DNA from: Candidatus Hecatella orcuttiae
GTDB lineage: Archaea; Thermoproteota; Bathyarchaeia; Hecatellales; Hecatellaceae
Assembly (NCBI GenBank): GCA_002011035.2
Contig: MTLY02000002.1
Coordinates: 417,130-481,129, forward strand
Direction: 5' to 3'
Length of the DNA: 64,000 nt
Program-made: the position numbers and the translations under genes
Shown: piece after piece, positions 47,608 through 60,507 of the stretch
Layout: each line of letters opens with the position of its first letter
Numbering within the stretch: position 1 is the first letter of the stretch
Notes under the pieces: model-generated
Told to the model about the DNA's origin: nothing
Databases searched by the model: none
The model's input: the letters and a program-made list of their open reading frames with translations, nothing else

Positions 47608-47959
47608 GCGAAAGCGTGACGGGGCCATCCCGAGTGCCGCCTGCTGAAGGCGGCTTTTCCACGGTCTAAAAAGCCGTGGGAATAAGGGGAGGGCAAGCCT
47701 GGTGTCAGCCGCCGCGGTAATACCAGCTCCCCGAGTGGTGGGGACGATTATTGGGCCTAAAGCGCCCGTAGCCGGCCTGGTAAGTTTCCCGTTAAATCTG
47801 GCGATCCAATCGTCAGGCTGCGGGAAATACTGCCGGGCTAGGGAGCGGGAGAGGCCGGCGGTACTCTTGGGGTAGGGGTGAAATCCTATAATCCCAGGAG
47901 GACCACCAGTGGCGAAGGCGGCCGGCTAGAACGCGTCCGACGGTGAGGGGCGAAAGCTG

Positions 47960-47993
<34 letters not shown>

Positions 47994-48095
47994 CAGCTGT
48001 AAACGATGCGGGCTAAGTGTTGGAATGGCCTTAGAGCCATTCCAGTGCTGCAGGGAAGCCGTTAAGCCCGCCGCCTGGGGAGTACGGCCGCAAGG

Positions 48096-48137
<42 letters not shown>

Positions 48138-48228
48138 AAGCCTGCGGTTTAATTGGATTCAACGCCGGGAATCTTACCGGGGGCGACAGCAGGATGAAGG
48201 CCAGGCTAAAGACCTTGCCAGACGAGCT

Positions 48229-48260
<32 letters not shown>

Positions 48261-48269
48261 CCGTGAGGT

Positions 48270-48300
<31 letters not shown>

Positions 48301-48400
48301 CCGCCCCCAGTTGCCAGCGGGTCCCGTTGGGACGCCGGGCACACTGGGGGGACTGCCGGCGAGAAGCCGGAGGAAGGTGGGGGCCACGGCAGGTCAGTAT

Positions 48401-49064
48401 AGGGAGGTCAGCCTGGAGGTTATAGAGATGCCGGAGGGGAACAAAGAGATATTAGCCTATTTGGTAGGAATAATTAGTGGAAATGGTAGATTGGAAATTA
48501 ACAAGCCTCTCATCACTATGATTGATAAAAATAAACAGTTCATTGCTAACGTAGTTGCTCCCTACGTTAGTAGGGTTGTGGGTAAAAACCCTTCAATATT
48601 TTATGATGAAGATACGGAAACGTGGAAGATTGTAATCGAATCAACAGACTTCTGGAAATTGCTAAATAGTGAATATCTAGTTCCCCTAGGTGATAAAGCA
48701 GAAATATTAGTTGTTCCACGTAAAATTTCGCAAAGCTCGATAAAGGTTCAAAAAGCCTACATAAGAGGATGGCTAGATGTTAAGGGTCATCTAAGGGTAA
48801 TTAAAAAGAGTACCCGTAGCTATTTTAGACTTGAATTCGATACAAAAAGTAAACCAATTAGAGATTTTATTTCAAGACGACTTAATAAATGGAACATAAC
48901 TACAAAAAATTACACCAAAGAAAAAACTTATGGATTTAAAATAACAGATTACACGAGCTTAATTCGATACAAAAATATTATTGGATTTAAACATCCGGAG
49001 AAGAGGAAAAAGCTAAATATCCTCCTCCGGTATCTCTACTAAATCCAGGTTGCCTCTCGCTGAA
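48401..49064 (+). mobile_element. 664-nt archaeal BHB intron in 16S rRNA (about E. coli position 1205)
   Basis: Removal restores GGTCAGTAT|GCCCCGAAT; central helix CAGT/GCTG; bulges ATA and AAG; long terminal intron stem. Confidence 0.92.
48428..49042 (+). CDS. Intron-encoded double-motif LAGLIDADG homing endonuclease (degenerate)
   Basis: 204 aa; motifs LAYLVGIISGNG and AYIRGWLDVKG; GGAGGT SD; AT-rich. Confidence 0.85.
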   Translation: MPEGNKEILAYLVGIISGNGRLEINKPLITMIDKNKQFIANVVAPYVSRVVGKNPSIFYDEDTETWKIVIESTDFWKLLNSEYLVPLGDKAEILVVPRKISQSSIKVQKAYIRGWLDVKGHLRVIKKSTRSYFRLEFDTKSKPIRDFISRRLNKWNITTKNYTKEKTYGFKITDYTSLIRYKNIIGFKHPEKRKKLNILLRYLY

Positions 49065-49162
49065 GCCCCGAATCCCCCGGGCTACACGCGGGCTGCAATG
49101 GCGGGGACAATGGGTTTCAACCCCGAAAGGGGAAGGAAATCCCATAAACCCCGCCGCAGTTG

Positions 49163-49202
<40 letters not shown>

Positions 49203-49221
49203 CTAGTAATCGCGTGTCATC

Positions 49222-49279
<58 letters not shown>

Positions 49280-49334
49280 CCAGTCGGGGTGAGGTGCGGT
49301 CCCGAAAGGGGTCGTATCGAGCCTCGGCTGGGCA

Positions 49335-49393
<59 letters not shown>

Positions 49394-49850
49394 CGAAACC
49401 AAAAGGGGTGGGGTTGGCTCACTTCGTATAGGTTTGCTGGGCTTGTAGCATTCTGTTTTTCTAAATCTAATCATATATTCCAGGACATTTTAGATTCTAG
49501 TTAGTTTTTGGAATATAATTTGTTTTATTGATTATATGTCCGAATTTTTTGAAGAAACTATGAAATAAGAAAACAGATGAGAAAACAAAGATAAAGTGTA
49601 ATCATAATAAGATGATTTAATTATAAAACATATTTTTACAAAATTATAGCATATTATTTAGGTAGGAAGTTCATATTTACTTTATTTTATGTCCAAACGA
49701 CATATTTATAATCTCTTCAGACCGTAAATTTTATACGAACAATATCACCTTCTACTATTCTCGCAGATAAATGATATATGATACTCATATGCAACTCGCA
49801 AGCACCAAGCTTGCGAGTGAAGGACTTAAGTGAGAGAATATCTCACAATG

Positions 49851-53165
<3,315 letters not shown>

Positions 53166-53243
53166 TGGAACACCTAATTTTTAGAATTTTAGAGATATAT
53201 TGAGCGAAGATTAAATATAGTCGAAGGATTATTATATTATACA

Positions 53244-53649
53244 TGGAGCCGGGAGGGGCAGGACGGCCGCCGGTGCCCTGGTTTAACCGGGGTGCTGAGG
53301 AAGGTCCCCCCTCCTTCGAAGCTACGGCGTGGTGTAAACCACAAGCCGAGAGGCTTGCTCCGGGAACAGAAACGACACGTCCACATGTGCAGATGACGAT
53401 GAGGCGGTTGAGAATCACCGGTTTGGTGATTCGAGAAGGAACCTGGTGACAGGTTCCGAGTTAACCCGTTGAGGAGCCATGTGGGATCGGTGAAACGGCC
53501 CGACGCCGTGGAGCAAGCCCGAGTAGGCCGGGAGGTTTGCTTCGAGCCGGATGACCGGCGGGTTGGGTGCTTAGTTTAATGCCGTCTGGGCACTTCCGGT
53601 GACGGAGGTGCCGAAACAAAAGGGGGCCTACTCGCCCCACCCGGCTCCA
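53244..53649 (+). ncRNA. rnpB: RNase P RNA
   Basis: P1 TGGAGCCGG/CCGGCTCCA; GAGGAAGGTCCCCCC pairing with AACAAAAGGGGGCCT; ACAGAAAC, TGAAACGG, GGAGCAAG, GCTTAG elements. Confidence 0.92.
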
Positions 53650-53666
53650 ATTTTACTTTTATGTTG

Positions 53667-54644
53667 TTAAGGTTGTATTACGCAACATGTTTCGTGGTAC
53701 TTTAATGTGTATTTTTGTTTTTGGAGTTGTTTTTGTGTTAGACGTGTTGGTGTTGTTAGTTTGTTGATTCCAGCTTTTACTGCCAATAGTTCTGTTTCTG
53801 TTTTTTGTTTTCCTCCTGGTATCATACATCCGAGGGCTATTGGTGTTTTTGGGAATAGTATACGTGTTATGGCTGTTATTGTTGCTATTGTTTGAGGTGA
53901 TGGTGGTGATATATTTTGCATAGAAGTTTTTGGTGTTGGTTTTAGAGCAATAAGAACTATTGTGGAAGGTGTTATCGTTGATATTATTTTTAGTGCGTTT
54001 AGTTCGTGTTTTATTTTTCCATAGTGTAGTCCTATACATATGTGGGGGGATATTCCTTTTACACCTGCTTCTTCTAGGGTTTTAAGTGCTGTTTGATAGT
54101 CTTTAGGGGTTTTTTCTATTTGGTAAATTTCTTTTATTGTTGATGTGTCTCCAACGATGTCTATGGATGCGTAGTCTATTTCTGTTTTTGCTAGTTGTTT
54201 TGCTAGTTTTAGAGGTATTAATCCGGTGTGAACATTTATTATTAAGTTTGTTTCGTGTTTTACTCTTTTTAATACATCTATGAAGTTTTCGAGGAGTACG
54301 TATCCGTTTTTTGTGTTTCCGCCGCTTATTAAAACTCCTTTAGCTCCTTTCTCATATAATTTTAAACAGATTTCGAATAGTTTAGATGGTGTTGGTGCTG
54401 ATATCATATGTTTTAAATAGTGTTTTTCGCAATGTTTGCAGTTTAAAGCACACCAAGTACCTGTCACCGATATAGGTGGAAAATTTTTGCCAGGATAATA
54501 GCAGTGTATAGTTTTCTGGAAGTTTTTATATGTTATCTCCTCGGCTCTTCTTACAAGTTGCTCAAATACTTCTATTTTACCTAATTCCTTGAAAAGACTA
54601 TCTATGTTGCTGAAGTCGTTTAAATTGTATTGAAGGGGTTTCAT
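53667..54644 (-). CDS. lipS1: Radical SAM lipoyl synthase subunit LipS1-like
   Basis: CALNCKHC, LISGG, LGCM and terminal CC motif. Confidence 0.75.
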   Translation of the reverse strand: MKPLQYNLNDFSNIDSLFKELGKIEVFEQLVRRAEEITYKNFQKTIHCYYPGKNFPPISVTGTWCALNCKHCEKHYLKHMISAPTPSKLFEICLKLYEKGAKGVLISGGNTKNGYVLLENFIDVLKRVKHETNLIINVHTGLIPLKLAKQLAKTEIDYASIDIVGDTSTIKEIYQIEKTPKDYQTALKTLEEAGVKGISPHICIGLHYGKIKHELNALKIISTITPSTIVLIALKPTPKTSMQNISPPSPQTIATITAITRILFPKTPIALGCMIPGGKQKTETELLAVKAGINKLTTPTRLTQKQLQKQKYTLKYHETCCVIQP

Positions 54645-54676
54645 GTTTCAATCCCTTTAAGACTATTCGATCATTT

Positions 54677-55693
54677 TTATAGAAATTGTAGTTCCTTTCT
54701 AATTCTTTTTATTTCTTCCTTTGAAGGATTCCATGGAAAATTGTAGATTGGGCCTCTTGGAGATTCGTTGTAAAATGGTCTATTACAACCTGGGCAGCCA
54801 CTTGTTCTAAAAGGTTGTCCGCTTTCAATTATTTTATTTAATTCTTCTCGAGTTATCCCGAAATCTATTATTTTACCTTCTTCACTAAAGCCCATATTTT
54901 CTTTTCTTGTTATTTTGTTTTGAATAAGATATCTTGCAATTTGTATTCTTCTATATTTGTCTATTGGAGGTGAAGGATGTTTTTCCAGTTTTGTTCCCGT
55001 AATGGGTGTGAAAGCGAAAAGTCCAATGATAATTTTCAAGTCGGAAAACTCTTGTATAAAGTTAACAGCCTCCTTCTCGGTCTCGCCTAACCCAATAATG
55101 AGATGGGTTGATACCTTACCTTCTCCAAATATTTTAATTGCCCTTTTCAAGGCGTCCATATGTTTTTCCCAAGTATACGGTCCCCCTACCTGTTTACCTT
55201 TAATTTTGTCAAAAATTTCAGGCGTTGCAGCGTCAAAAGGTATACCTAATCGTTCTACCCCCAATTCTTTCAAAATTTTCATTTTGTTTTCGTCTATTGG
55301 GTGAACTGGTAGAGAAATAGGAATTTCAGGTGCTAATTTGTATATTTGGGTAATAATAGCTTGGAGATCTTCAAAAAGGCTGAGATAATTCAGGGTTTGA
55401 ATACATATTCTTTTTATTTCCTTTTTCACTTTTTTGTTCTTTAATGCTTTGCAAACTTGGTTGAAAGGATAAGTAGGCCACGAGATTCTCGATAACATTT
55501 TCAGGTTCGATTTACTTTCTCTTGCTTGGGGGCAAAATGCGCAGTTCGCTGTACATCGCCTCGATGTATAGGTCATAAAATATGCGGTTGTTGGGTAAGC
55601 TAGCAATTTAATGTGTGTTAAATTTAGTACTGCTGCTGTTCCAAGAGAAACCCTTATTTTAAACGAACTGTTAAACATTAATGCTTCCTCCAC
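54677..55693 (-). CDS. lipS2: Radical SAM lipoyl synthase subunit LipS2-like
   Basis: CTANCAFCPQ, LSRISWP, TSGCPGCNRPFYNE. Confidence 0.8.
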   Translation of the reverse strand: MEEALMFNSSFKIRVSLGTAAVLNLTHIKLLAYPTTAYFMTYTSRRCTANCAFCPQARESKSNLKMLSRISWPTYPFNQVCKALKNKKVKKEIKRICIQTLNYLSLFEDLQAIITQIYKLAPEIPISLPVHPIDENKMKILKELGVERLGIPFDAATPEIFDKIKGKQVGGPYTWEKHMDALKRAIKIFGEGKVSTHLIIGLGETEKEAVNFIQEFSDLKIIIGLFAFTPITGTKLEKHPSPPIDKYRRIQIARYLIQNKITRKENMGFSEEGKIIDFGITREELNKIIESGQPFRTSGCPGCNRPFYNESPRGPIYNFPWNPSKEEIKRIRKELQFL

Positions 55694-55776
55694 AGTTCTC
55701 AGTGTTCTATAAGACCTTTCATATCAAGACGTGTTGAAAGCAATGTTACAACTCGAAATTGGAATTTATGTAAATT

Positions 55777-56322
55777 TTAAATGTCTAATTTGTATTTTTC
55801 CTTCAATAATTTATTTTGCTTTTCCACAACTTCTTCAGGTGTTTTAGCATTTCGGTAAGCTTCAAGAAAATCTTCGTTTAATTCTAGGAAATGCAATCCC
55901 CACTTAAAAATCGAAAGTATATCTTTTGCTTGATTTTCAAAACCTATTATGTAAAGGGCTGCAGCTAAAGCTTCTGCTGTGCTCAACATTCCTATTTTGC
56001 CGTAATTTATAGGGTTTACTGCTACTAAAGCAGGTAAAATCCTTCCTCTTCCTCGAAGTAGGTTAGGAATTCCCTCCTCGATTTTTTTCCATGAACAGTC
56101 AATAGCTACAATACCATGTTTTACTGCTAACTCTCTATCTAGGGGAGAAAAGACTTGAGAAACTAGAGGATTAAGTATTAATGTCTTCTTCGGAATATAT
56201 CTTAAATTATAAACTACTTTAGCTTTGCCATGCCTATTTAATTTTAATGCTGTACACTTCTTGGGATCGCACTGTCTTTCATGATATACATACAATTTAA
56301 TGGTCTTTTTTGCTTTCTCCAT
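55777..56322 (-). CDS. tsr3: rRNA aminocarboxypropyltransferase Tsr3
   Basis: QCDPKKCTA, IDCSW, LVAVNPINYG, LSTAEA, FKWG..FLELN. Confidence 0.93.
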   Translation of the reverse strand: MEKAKKTIKLYVYHERQCDPKKCTALKLNRHGKAKVVYNLRYIPKKTLILNPLVSQVFSPLDRELAVKHGIVAIDCSWKKIEEGIPNLLRGRGRILPALVAVNPINYGKIGMLSTAEALAAALYIIGFENQAKDILSIFKWGLHFLELNEDFLEAYRNAKTPEEVVEKQNKLLKEKYKLDI

Positions 56323-56395
56323 TTTTCTCGATATAGTAAAGAAAGATTAATTTAAAATTGCATCGATTAAATTATGAAGATAAGGAGGGAAAGAT

Positions 56396-56644
56396 TTGCC
56401 GATAGCTTTTATCCTTATTAAAACTAAGGCTGGTTTAGAAGAAAAAGTTCTTAAGAAGGTTTTAGAAATCGAAGGGGTAAGAGAAGCCTATATTGTGCTA
56501 GGTGTATACGATATCATTGCTAAAGTATCTGTTGAACGTTTAGAAAAACTACAAGAAATTATTCGTCAAAAAGTGAGGGGAGAAATAGAAGAAATAGAAG
56601 AAACCATGACTATGCTTGTTATAGAAGGAGCTTCAAAAGATTAA
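56396..56644 (+). CDS. Lrp/AsnC ligand-binding-domain protein
   Basis: AFILI...V.EAYIVLGVYDIIAKV...TMTM. Confidence 0.85.
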   Translation: MPIAFILIKTKAGLEEKVLKKVLEIEGVREAYIVLGVYDIIAKVSVERLEKLQEIIRQKVRGEIEEIEETMTMLVIEGASKD

Positions 56645-56655
56645 CATGCTCATAT

Positions 56656-58218
56656 TCACTTTCTCAGTAGATATTTTCCAATAGCCAAACAATCCATTAA
56701 ACCTTCTTTAAAAGTTTTAATTGCATCTAAAGGGGAACATACAATAGGTTCTCCATGAATATTCATCGACGTATTCAAGATTGCGCCCATACCAGTTTCT
56801 TTCTCAATAATTTCTATAATGCGCCTATATTCTTGGCACTCGCCTCTTTTAATAGTTTGAGGTCTTGTTGTCCTATCCACATGAACCACAGCTGGGATCT
56901 CCTCCAACGCTTTTTCAGTAACTCTAAAAGCTATAGTCATAAAAGGAGCATAACATGCATCCACCAAGTACTCATTAACCCTCTCATATAAGATGGTTGG
57001 AGCAAAAGGCTGCCACCATGGACGTCTCTTCCTCTTGTTAAGCTCACCTACAAGCTTCTTTTCACTAGGCAATGATAGGACACTTCTATTTCCAAGAGCC
57101 CTCGGGCCAAATTCCATTCTGCCAGAAAATCTCCCAACAATATATCCTTTTAAAAGTAAATCTGCAATAGCTTCATTAATGTCATCATAATATTCCGCTT
57201 TATCTTCCATCCTATATTTTCTTAAAGCCTCCTTTATACCCTCATCATCGTATTCCGGACCAAGATAAACATGTTCAAGAGGTCTTGGCTTAGTATCCTT
57301 GCCATCTATAAGTCTCATCCTAGCCCAAACCTCGAGCGCTGCACCAACACATAATCCTCCATCACCCATATGAGGAAACACGTACAAATCTTTTGAAATT
57401 TCCTCTCTTATCCTCATGTTTAAATGTACATTTGCAGCTATTCCACCTGCGAAAACGATTTTCTTTACATCAACTTCCTCAAGCACCTTTTTTAAAAGGT
57501 TTAAAACTAACTCTTCAAGTCTTTTTTGAGCCGCAGCAGCTATATCAAATGAAGAAACCTCCTTTAACTTTTCTTTCATTAGCTTAACAGCCTCTGCCCC
57601 TACTGCACCTAATTTATTTCTAAAACTTAAACTTTTAACGTCTAAATCTATAAACTCACTTACAATGCCATAACATTTGGAAGGATCTCCATGAGCCGCC
57701 ATACATGCTACTTTAGCTTCATCAGCCATCGGTCTGAAACCAAGCAGCTCAGTAATATTAGCAAAGAAATCGCCTACGGAGTTATAGGCGTTAGATTGAT
57801 AAAGTGGGATAATTTCACCTCTCCTTCCTAGACTTACTGTAGCAGATAAGCCGTCACCCGCCGCGTCAATCGTCACTACAAGTGCATCACTCCAACCACA
57901 CGTTCTATAAGCGGAAGCAGCATGGGCTAAATGATGATCAACATATATTTGAGGAATACCTGGAAAAAGCTTTAAAAGATATTTTTCTAATTGAGAAGCT
58001 CTTGTAAACCTCCTAAAAACTCCGCCAATAGCAATATAATCTACATCACCAAAACTTAATCCAGTGCAACGGAGAAGCTCATTTATTGCGTTTTTAGGAA
58101 TCCCTCTTTGATGTTTAACACGTGTAAATCTCTCTTCACTAGCCGCTGCAATCACAACTCCATCTTTAACTATCGCAGCGCCAGCATCATGACCGTCACA
58201 AATACCTAAAATAATCAT
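56656..58218 (-). CDS. Carbamoyltransferase (NodU/CmcH family)
   Basis: GHDAGAA, EERFTRVK, HHLAHAASA, MGDGG, EFGPRALGNRS, RPQT, LNTSMN.HGEP. Confidence 0.92.
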   Translation of the reverse strand: MIILGICDGHDAGAAIVKDGVVIAAASEERFTRVKHQRGIPKNAINELLRCTGLSFGDVDYIAIGGVFRRFTRASQLEKYLLKLFPGIPQIYVDHHLAHAASAYRTCGWSDALVVTIDAAGDGLSATVSLGRRGEIIPLYQSNAYNSVGDFFANITELLGFRPMADEAKVACMAAHGDPSKCYGIVSEFIDLDVKSLSFRNKLGAVGAEAVKLMKEKLKEVSSFDIAAAAQKRLEELVLNLLKKVLEEVDVKKIVFAGGIAANVHLNMRIREEISKDLYVFPHMGDGGLCVGAALEVWARMRLIDGKDTKPRPLEHVYLGPEYDDEGIKEALRKYRMEDKAEYYDDINEAIADLLLKGYIVGRFSGRMEFGPRALGNRSVLSLPSEKKLVGELNKRKRRPWWQPFAPTILYERVNEYLVDACYAPFMTIAFRVTEKALEEIPAVVHVDRTTRPQTIKRGECQEYRRIIEIIEKETGMGAILNTSMNIHGEPIVCSPLDAIKTFKEGLMDCLAIGKYLLRK

Positions 58219-58343
58219 TTTAATACACCTAAATTAACATGAATAGGGTGACATATGAAAGTTTAAATTTTCACGCTCTCGAATAACATCAAATCGTTTT
58301 AATCCCTAAATAAATGAAACTCAGAAACTAGGTCGAATCAACA

Positions 58344-59672
58344 ATGACATTACTTCATATCGGAATCGATGATACGGACTCACTTATTGGCGGTTGTACC
58401 ACTTACATAGGTGCTAGGCTAGTTCATCGACTAGAAAAAGAAACAAAAGCCAAATTCATCGATTATCCAAACCTTATAAGATTAAACCCAAACATCCCAT
58501 ACAAAACAAGAGGAAACGGAGCTGTATGTCTAAGAATAAACATAGAAGAAAATATGATAGAAGATGTAGAAAACATTGTTATCGAAGAAGTAGAAGAAAA
58601 CTCCGACCTAAAATGCGAAGAAACACATCCCGGAATCGTTTTCTTCAAAGGAAACGTCCCACCTGAACTTAAAAAATTCGCAAAGAAAGCTGTAACTGAT
58701 GTCATAATGCTCGACGAAGCTCTAAAAATAGTAAACAAAACCGGTGCAAAAATAAAAACCTACAAAAAGGGAAGAGGCATCATAGGGGCCCTGGCAGCCA
58801 TCGGAAACACTTTAGAAAAAGACCACACATATGAACTGTTATCCTACAGGTCCCCAGAACATTGGGGAACCCCCAGAACCATAGATGAAGACTCAGTTTA
58901 TCTAATGGACAAGCTAACAAACCCAGAAACCTTCAACAACATAGACAAGGAAACCAAAAGAATATTAATTACTCCCCACGGACCCGACCCAGTACTATAT
59001 GGAATAAGAGGAGAAACCCCAGAAATAGTTAAACTAGCATCAAAAATCGTAGTATCATACGAGCCAATAGAAAGATGGGTAATATATAGAACAAACCAGG
59101 GAACAGATGAACACCTAACAAAACTAAGAAAAATAAAAGAAATAAAACTATATCAACCAGCAAAAACCCTCGTAAAAATAATAGAACCACCTAAAATCAT
59201 ACCAGGAGGACATGTAATAGTAAAAGCGGCAGACAACACAGCAACCATCGATCTCGCTGCATACGAACCAACAGGAAACTTCAGAAAAATCATCCAAAAA
59301 CTAATCCCAGGAGACACCATAATCGCGTACGGAGGAGTAAAACCCCAAGAAAACAAACCTCTAACATTAAACCTGGAAAAAATAGAAATACTAAACTTAG
59401 CACCAAAAATAATATACAAAAACCCCAAATGCTCGAAATGCGGTAAAAGAATGAAATCAGCAGGAAAAAACCAAGGATACCGCTGCAAAAAATGCAAAAC
59501 CCATGCAAAAAACATAGAAAAAGAAAAAATACAAATACCAAGAGAAATAAAGCCAGGAATATACCTACCGACACCAAGAGCACACAGACACCTTACTAAA
59601 CCCCTTCAAAGATACGGCAGGGAAAAGAAAAACAAACCAAAAAAACTCATAGAAAAATGGCATTACCCCTAA
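58344..59672 (+). CDS. tiaS: tRNA(Ile2) agmatinylcytidine synthetase
   Basis: GIDDTDS..GGCTT, RLNPNIPYKTRGNG, PHGPDPVLYGIRG, TNQGTD, AYEPT, zinc ribbon. Confidence 0.96.
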   Translation: MTLLHIGIDDTDSLIGGCTTYIGARLVHRLEKETKAKFIDYPNLIRLNPNIPYKTRGNGAVCLRINIEENMIEDVENIVIEEVEENSDLKCEETHPGIVFFKGNVPPELKKFAKKAVTDVIMLDEALKIVNKTGAKIKTYKKGRGIIGALAAIGNTLEKDHTYELLSYRSPEHWGTPRTIDEDSVYLMDKLTNPETFNNIDKETKRILITPHGPDPVLYGIRGETPEIVKLASKIVVSYEPIERWVIYRTNQGTDEHLTKLRKIKEIKLYQPAKTLVKIIEPPKIIPGGHVIVKAADNTATIDLAAYEPTGNFRKIIQKLIPGDTIIAYGGVKPQENKPLTLNLEKIEILNLAPKIIYKNPKCSKCGKRMKSAGKNQGYRCKKCKTHAKNIEKEKIQIPREIKPGIYLPTPRAHRHLTKPLQRYGREKKNKPKKLIEKWHYP

Positions 59673-59782
59673 CCAAAACACTACAAGACAATAAACCCGC
59701 CCAAAAACCAAAAAGCAAACAAAAACCAACGATAAATTTAAAAAACAAAAATATCACACACTAACATAGCGGGGCAAAACAC

Positions 59783-59923
59783 AGCGGGGACTACCCCAAT
59801 ACAAAATTGGGTAGCCGCAATGGGGTAGCCAGGAGATCCCGCGGGGCTCATAAGCCCGACAGATACATCCTCTCGGGTTAAGAAACCCCGAGATCGGAGG
59901 TTCAAATCCTCCCCCCGCTACCA
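59783..59923 (+). tRNA. Initiator tRNA-Met(CAT) with two introns (7/8: 59790-59820; 37/38: 59853-59884)
   Basis: Spliced product AGCGGGG-TGGGGTAGCCAGGAGATCCCGCGGGGCTCATA-ACCCCGAGATCGGAGGTTCAAATCCTCCCCCCGCTACCA; A1:U72; G-C-rich anticodon stem; CCA encoded; both introns have BHB-like junctions. Confidence 0.88.
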
Positions 59924-60001
59924 TATACCTTTACCTTTTTTGGTGGTTTTTTGTGGGTTTTCGTGGCGATTTTTTTGAGTTTTATTTGCTTAAATAATTC
60001 G

Positions 60002-60217
60002 TTAAGTTTTCTCATAATTAGAACCTCTCTTTATTTTGTCGGAATATCTTTCGATGATAAATTGGGCGAAATCTTTCTCGTGTTTTTGAAAGAACCAGTC
60101 TTTGAACAGTTTTCTAAATGAAATTGGTTCTTCAACTATTTTTGCAAAATATCTCTCCAGTTCAGATGTGAATATTACGAGTCCTCCTTGGAGATTGATT
60201 AGTTGGGCAAGGGTCAG
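60002..60217 (-). CDS. Possible 71-aa hypothetical protein (CTG start) or gene remnant
   Basis: GGTGA SD then CTG; open frame MTLAQLINLQGGLVIFTSELERYFAK...NYEKT. Confidence 0.35.
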   Translation of the reverse strand: MTLAQLINLQGGLVIFTSELERYFAKIVEEPISFRKLFKDWFFQKHEKDFAQFIIERYSDKIKRGSNYEKT

Positions 60218-60507
60218 TTTTTTGTCACCGATTTAAACGTGAAAAAACGTTTTAAAATTTTATCGGAAAAATTATACGTGGAGATAAAGAGAGTCGACGA
60301 AAGTATTTTAATTTTTAATCATTGATTTATCGATAAGATATATCTGGAAACGTTTCCAGATATCTTGAGGGGGTCTCAGCCTAGCTTAGACAAGTCATTT
60401 CATCATGTGAAGGTGATGAGTAAAGCTTTCTAAGCTGGTTATCATCGGCTCTGATGACATTTATTTTAACTTTAGTTTATAAGTTGAGTCCTAGATGGGT
60501 GTGATAA

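Noticed and set aside
60413-60454. Possible C/D box sRNA (GTGATGA ... CTGA)
   Set aside because: Box spacing is short, C'/D' boxes are poor, and the best rRNA match I saw was only 10 bp with two G-U pairs.
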